Assembly: GCA_964658305.1 (NCBI GenBank)
Contig: OZ210885.1
Location: forward strand, 25,358,001-25,422,000
Reading direction: 5' to 3'
DNA length: 64,000 bases
Source of the DNA: Leptogorgia sarmentosa
Lineage: Eukaryota
The number at the start of each line of letters is the position of its first letter. Position 1 is the stretch's first letter. Of this stretch, positions 61,001 through 64,000 are shown piece after piece. A program made the translations under genes and the position numbers. A model generated the notes under the pieces. It saw nothing but the letters and a program-made list of their open reading frames with translations, ran no database searches and was not told the origin of the DNA.

Positions 61001-63192
61001 GGGTACAATAGTTCGACCTGTGTATCAATCTCGTTCCCCGAGCCTGCGATCATTGGGAAGGAAACGAAGGCTCTGGGATAATCCGTTTCAGGAAGGAATC
61101 TGATTGGTCGTTGGAATGGCATGCGTAATTCAAATCGACATACAATTTTCTGTATGTCTGATTCGGATTATCCCAGAGCCTTCGTTTCCTTTCCCAAGGA
61201 TCGCAGGCTCGGGGAATGAGATTGTCTCTGTATCTATTATTTACTCTGTGCCCAGGCTCTTCGCTCTTGTGGAGTAACCTGGGTTTCTCAAAGCTACAGT
61301 ATAAAGAACAGGTTGCAATAGTATACGCGATTTGAATATGACTGTTATTTTTAGAAAACAAGTTGTTACTTCTTCATTATTTTTTTATGAATCATGTCCA
61401 AGCTTTAAACAATATCAGTAGTACACTGCAAACCATGAAGCATGTGTGTACACCAATTTTCTAACTAATATGACAGTATCATACCTTATTAGAACCTCCA
61501 GTATTATGAGTTTCTGTATGCTCCCTTATGCTGCTAAAGGGAATTTCAGCATTGCAAACAAAGCACTTCAGAACAGGTTCAGTAACCTTTAATTAAAAAT
61601 GTAATTTCAGTTTTAGTTCACAATCCGCATGGTGAGCAATGTCAGCCTTAAAGAATTTTATCTGGTTATATCTATTAAGTTGCAAGACACTCCCCTTCAT
61701 GTATAAAATCGTTTAGCAGTACTTATGCTATGTAAGTACATTGACATTTAATTGTGGGTGCAATGAGATGTAACAGGTTAATATGTATTATGGTAATTGA
61801 TGATCCGATAACAGTGGACTTAGCCAGCACTTGAAATATACCCTTCCAAAGGGTGTCAAAATAATGAGACTTGACACTTCCAGAAAATTATCGAGAACAG
61901 ACATTATGATATTTTTAAACATTTTGTATCCTCAATTAGAGTGCACATAGCAACAGGTTCCATTGCTTCAATCTATTATAAGTTTTTAGCTGATAAAGTC
62001 ATTGAAAAGTTACAAAACACAGGATTTTTATCTGTCTAGTTTTACAAATACCCATCCAACAAGCTGGTGGACAGACCTCTGGCTATGCCCATGTCATATA
62101 CAGAACTATGAAGTAAGAATATTGTTATTAAATGTATAGAAAAATGAAATACCTGACTTGAGTCATGAGCACCTAAATGACCTTGTTCATTTTCTTCAAC
62201 ATTTTCAGCTGTTAATCCCAAAGGTATATCTCTCTGCACTGGCCGTAAATACACCTTCGCTTGACCACACAAAGCTTTAAGTCTGCCAGCTGTGTGTGGC
62301 CCATTTACCACATGGAAACCACCATCCAATCCACCACCCCTTTGGTAAAGAAGGAAATCGAACCCTCCTACCTCTGAAAGTTGTGGATAGTTTTCCACAA
62401 TTGTATCATAGATAGGTTCCCCATTGTCAATTAATGCAATGGATTTGTCACCAAGGCATGCGTTTGATAGGTCCGTTCTTTCCTTTATATTCTGTGGTGG
62501 CCGTTCTGCATCTTTTGATGCAAGGCAAACAAATTTTATAGTACATGTCTGTGCTTTCTTCCTTTTCAATTGTCTGGATTTGGAACTAGATGAACTTGAT
62601 CGTTTTCCAAAATTGAACAACCTGCGTTGTTCAGCAATTACCGATACATTGTGATTTTGTGAACGTAAGTTAGAGGAAGTGCCACTTGTTAAGGGAGTTG
62701 AAACTCCCACTTGTTGTGGGGTCTGAATAGGAGACTGTACAGGCACAGGCATTACTTGTTGAACATTTGGGGCAGGAGAACCTACGGAAAAGAAATTAGC
62801 AAAAAAAGTTAACAAAAAAAATAAACATATTCTATTTTATTTTCATATATGTTTTATTTTCACTATATAGTGAATTCTTTGTATGTGAACATTCAGGCTG
62901 TATTTACCCTTATTTAGTCCCTTATATTCATTCACAATCGCGAACCAGAAAAGTGTTAGATATTCAGTTAGTTTCAAAATGTAAAGGATTTGTTTTACAT
63001 AACGGACTTGACATGGTCTTTCAAGATTCAAATATATTGATTGATATAATCAGAATAGTGCATTATACAAATACAATACATAATAAACTCACCACTATTC
63101 TGAGACTGTTCCCAGTTCGAAATTCGATTCGCAAGCATGTATAGCGTGTCTTTGACTTCGTTCATTTCTGCAGCACGTCGATTGGATGCCAT
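58099..63192 (-). CDS. HECT-type E3 ubiquitin ligase (G2E3-like HECT), 9 exons, ~737 aa
   Basis: Exons 63192-63093, 62781-62153, 61586-61485, 60568-60528, 60255-60140, 59777-59170, 59033-58850, 58652-58446 and 58325-58099: GT-AG, phase-compatible, 2214 nt, no stops. CFVC-x11-H-x3-H finger, CUE-like IQEIVPDATTRDIQNALSSANGDVAEAVENLL, VRFEEDAVGSGPVREYL, GKMLGHSILHGGPG, FWTA, LPMAETCF. The small exons are manual predictions. Confidence 0.85.
61026..61224. mobile_element. Short MITE in a HECT-gene intron
   Basis: ~60-bp TIR CAATCTCGTTCCCCGAGCCTGCGATC / GATCGCAGGCTCGGGGAATGAGATTG. Confidence 0.85.
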
Positions 63193-63220
63193 TACCGCAA
63201 ATTTGCAAACACGTGCGTCT

Positions 63221-63583
63221 ATTTGAGCCAGCGTTACATAGTTAGAATTGGATTGCGGTTGGATTTTCGAATGTTGAATTTCGAATTCAAAAAAGTTGAA
63301 CGTCGAATTTAAGATAGTTGAATGTCGAATTTAAAAATGTTGAATGTCGAATTTAAGAAAGTTGAATGTCGAATTCAAAAAATGTTGAATGTCGAATTTA
63401 AAAAAGTTGAATGTCGAATTTAAGAAAGTTGAATGTCGAATTTAAAAATGTCGAATTTAAGAAAGTTGAATGTCGAATTAAAAAATGTTAAATGTCGAAT
63501 ATAAATATATTGACCATTATGTAAAATACAAAAACTGGGATGTCAAATAAGAACTTGAATTTTGGCGGATATATAACGTCATA
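63221..63583 (-). repeat. Right TIR of the IS3EU-like element
   Basis: Reverse complement of 54327-54674, with a slightly different subrepeat array. Confidence 0.95.
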
Positions 63584-64000
63584 AAGCACCAAGTCAGCCC
63601 CAGAAGGACCCACACTCGTTGTCGAAAGCGAAGATGAAGCCGGAGACAAATCATCGCTCGTAACCGGAGGAAACGAAAAATCCGTGCCCGGGAGACTTGC
63701 TAGGCTGTTATTGGTAAGCCGAGGCATAGATAACAACGAGCACAGTACCCTTAAGATACCAGACACTCAAGCAACAAAAAAAAAATTTTTTTAACAGTTC
63801 CAGACAAACCCAAGAAAGAGAACTCAAACGCACCGTGTGAGCAGCAATAAGCAACTGAGCCCCGCACACGCAACTCTAACCAGCATACAAGACCTCCCTT
63901 CTGATAGGCATAAACGCCTGCCTACGCAGCCGCATATGTGCATAATTACATATCATTACCGACCCACAACAACTTGTGCTTGATGTTAATTAATTTTATT

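Larger units (their letters stand above)
54327..63583. mobile_element. Complete IS3EU-like DNA transposon (9,257 bp) with transposase and HECT E3 ligase genes
   Basis: Ends TATGACGTTATATATCCGCC / GGCGGATATATAACGTCATA. TSD AAGCGC (54321-54326) / AAGCAC (63584-63589). Removing the element restores the host ORF in frame. Confidence 0.93.
49578..64000 (-). mobile_element. Ngaro-type tyrosine-recombinase retrotransposon with split direct repeats, decayed and interrupted by the IS3EU-like element
   Basis: On the minus strand: A1 (64000-63818), ORFs, B1 (50877-50670), A2 (50669-50476), ~690 bp, B2 (49785-49578). ORF1 has CRSWNLGWC..CRYLHVC. RT is partly deleted (HYLDDFL), RH shows SSDASGSCGFG..ELVPI..CDNMAVV..AADALS, and only the YR N-terminus remains (GLAPSTRRVY). 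Confidence 0.9.

Overview
AT-rich, intron-containing eukaryotic DNA, probably an invertebrate such as an anthozoan (inferred only from the repeat and transposon repertoire). The window is almost entirely nested transposable elements and I found no conventional host gene. The main result is an apparently intact 9,257-bp DNA transposon at 54327-63583 with TAT..ATA ends, ~350-bp TIRs and a 6-bp TSD (IS3EU-like). It carries two convergent spliced genes that I could assemble by hand without stops: a 5-exon IS3/integrase-type DDE transposase (~469 aa) and a 9-exon HECT-type E3 ubiquitin ligase (~737 aa) with a UBZ-like finger, a CUE/UBA-like domain and the catalytic Cys. It interrupts ORF1 of an Ngaro-type tyrosine-recombinase retrotransposon. 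Four more decayed HECT loci and a second integrase of the same type occur in the window. Other elements: an Academ 3' end, a DD37E (TRT) Tc1, two hATs, Zator, Kolobok, BEL/Pao, two Gypsy remnants (one probably Gmr1-like), a DIRS-like element with a methyltransferase-like domain, a LINE 3' end and many MITEs. All family assignments come from motif and terminus recognition by eye; no database search was run.
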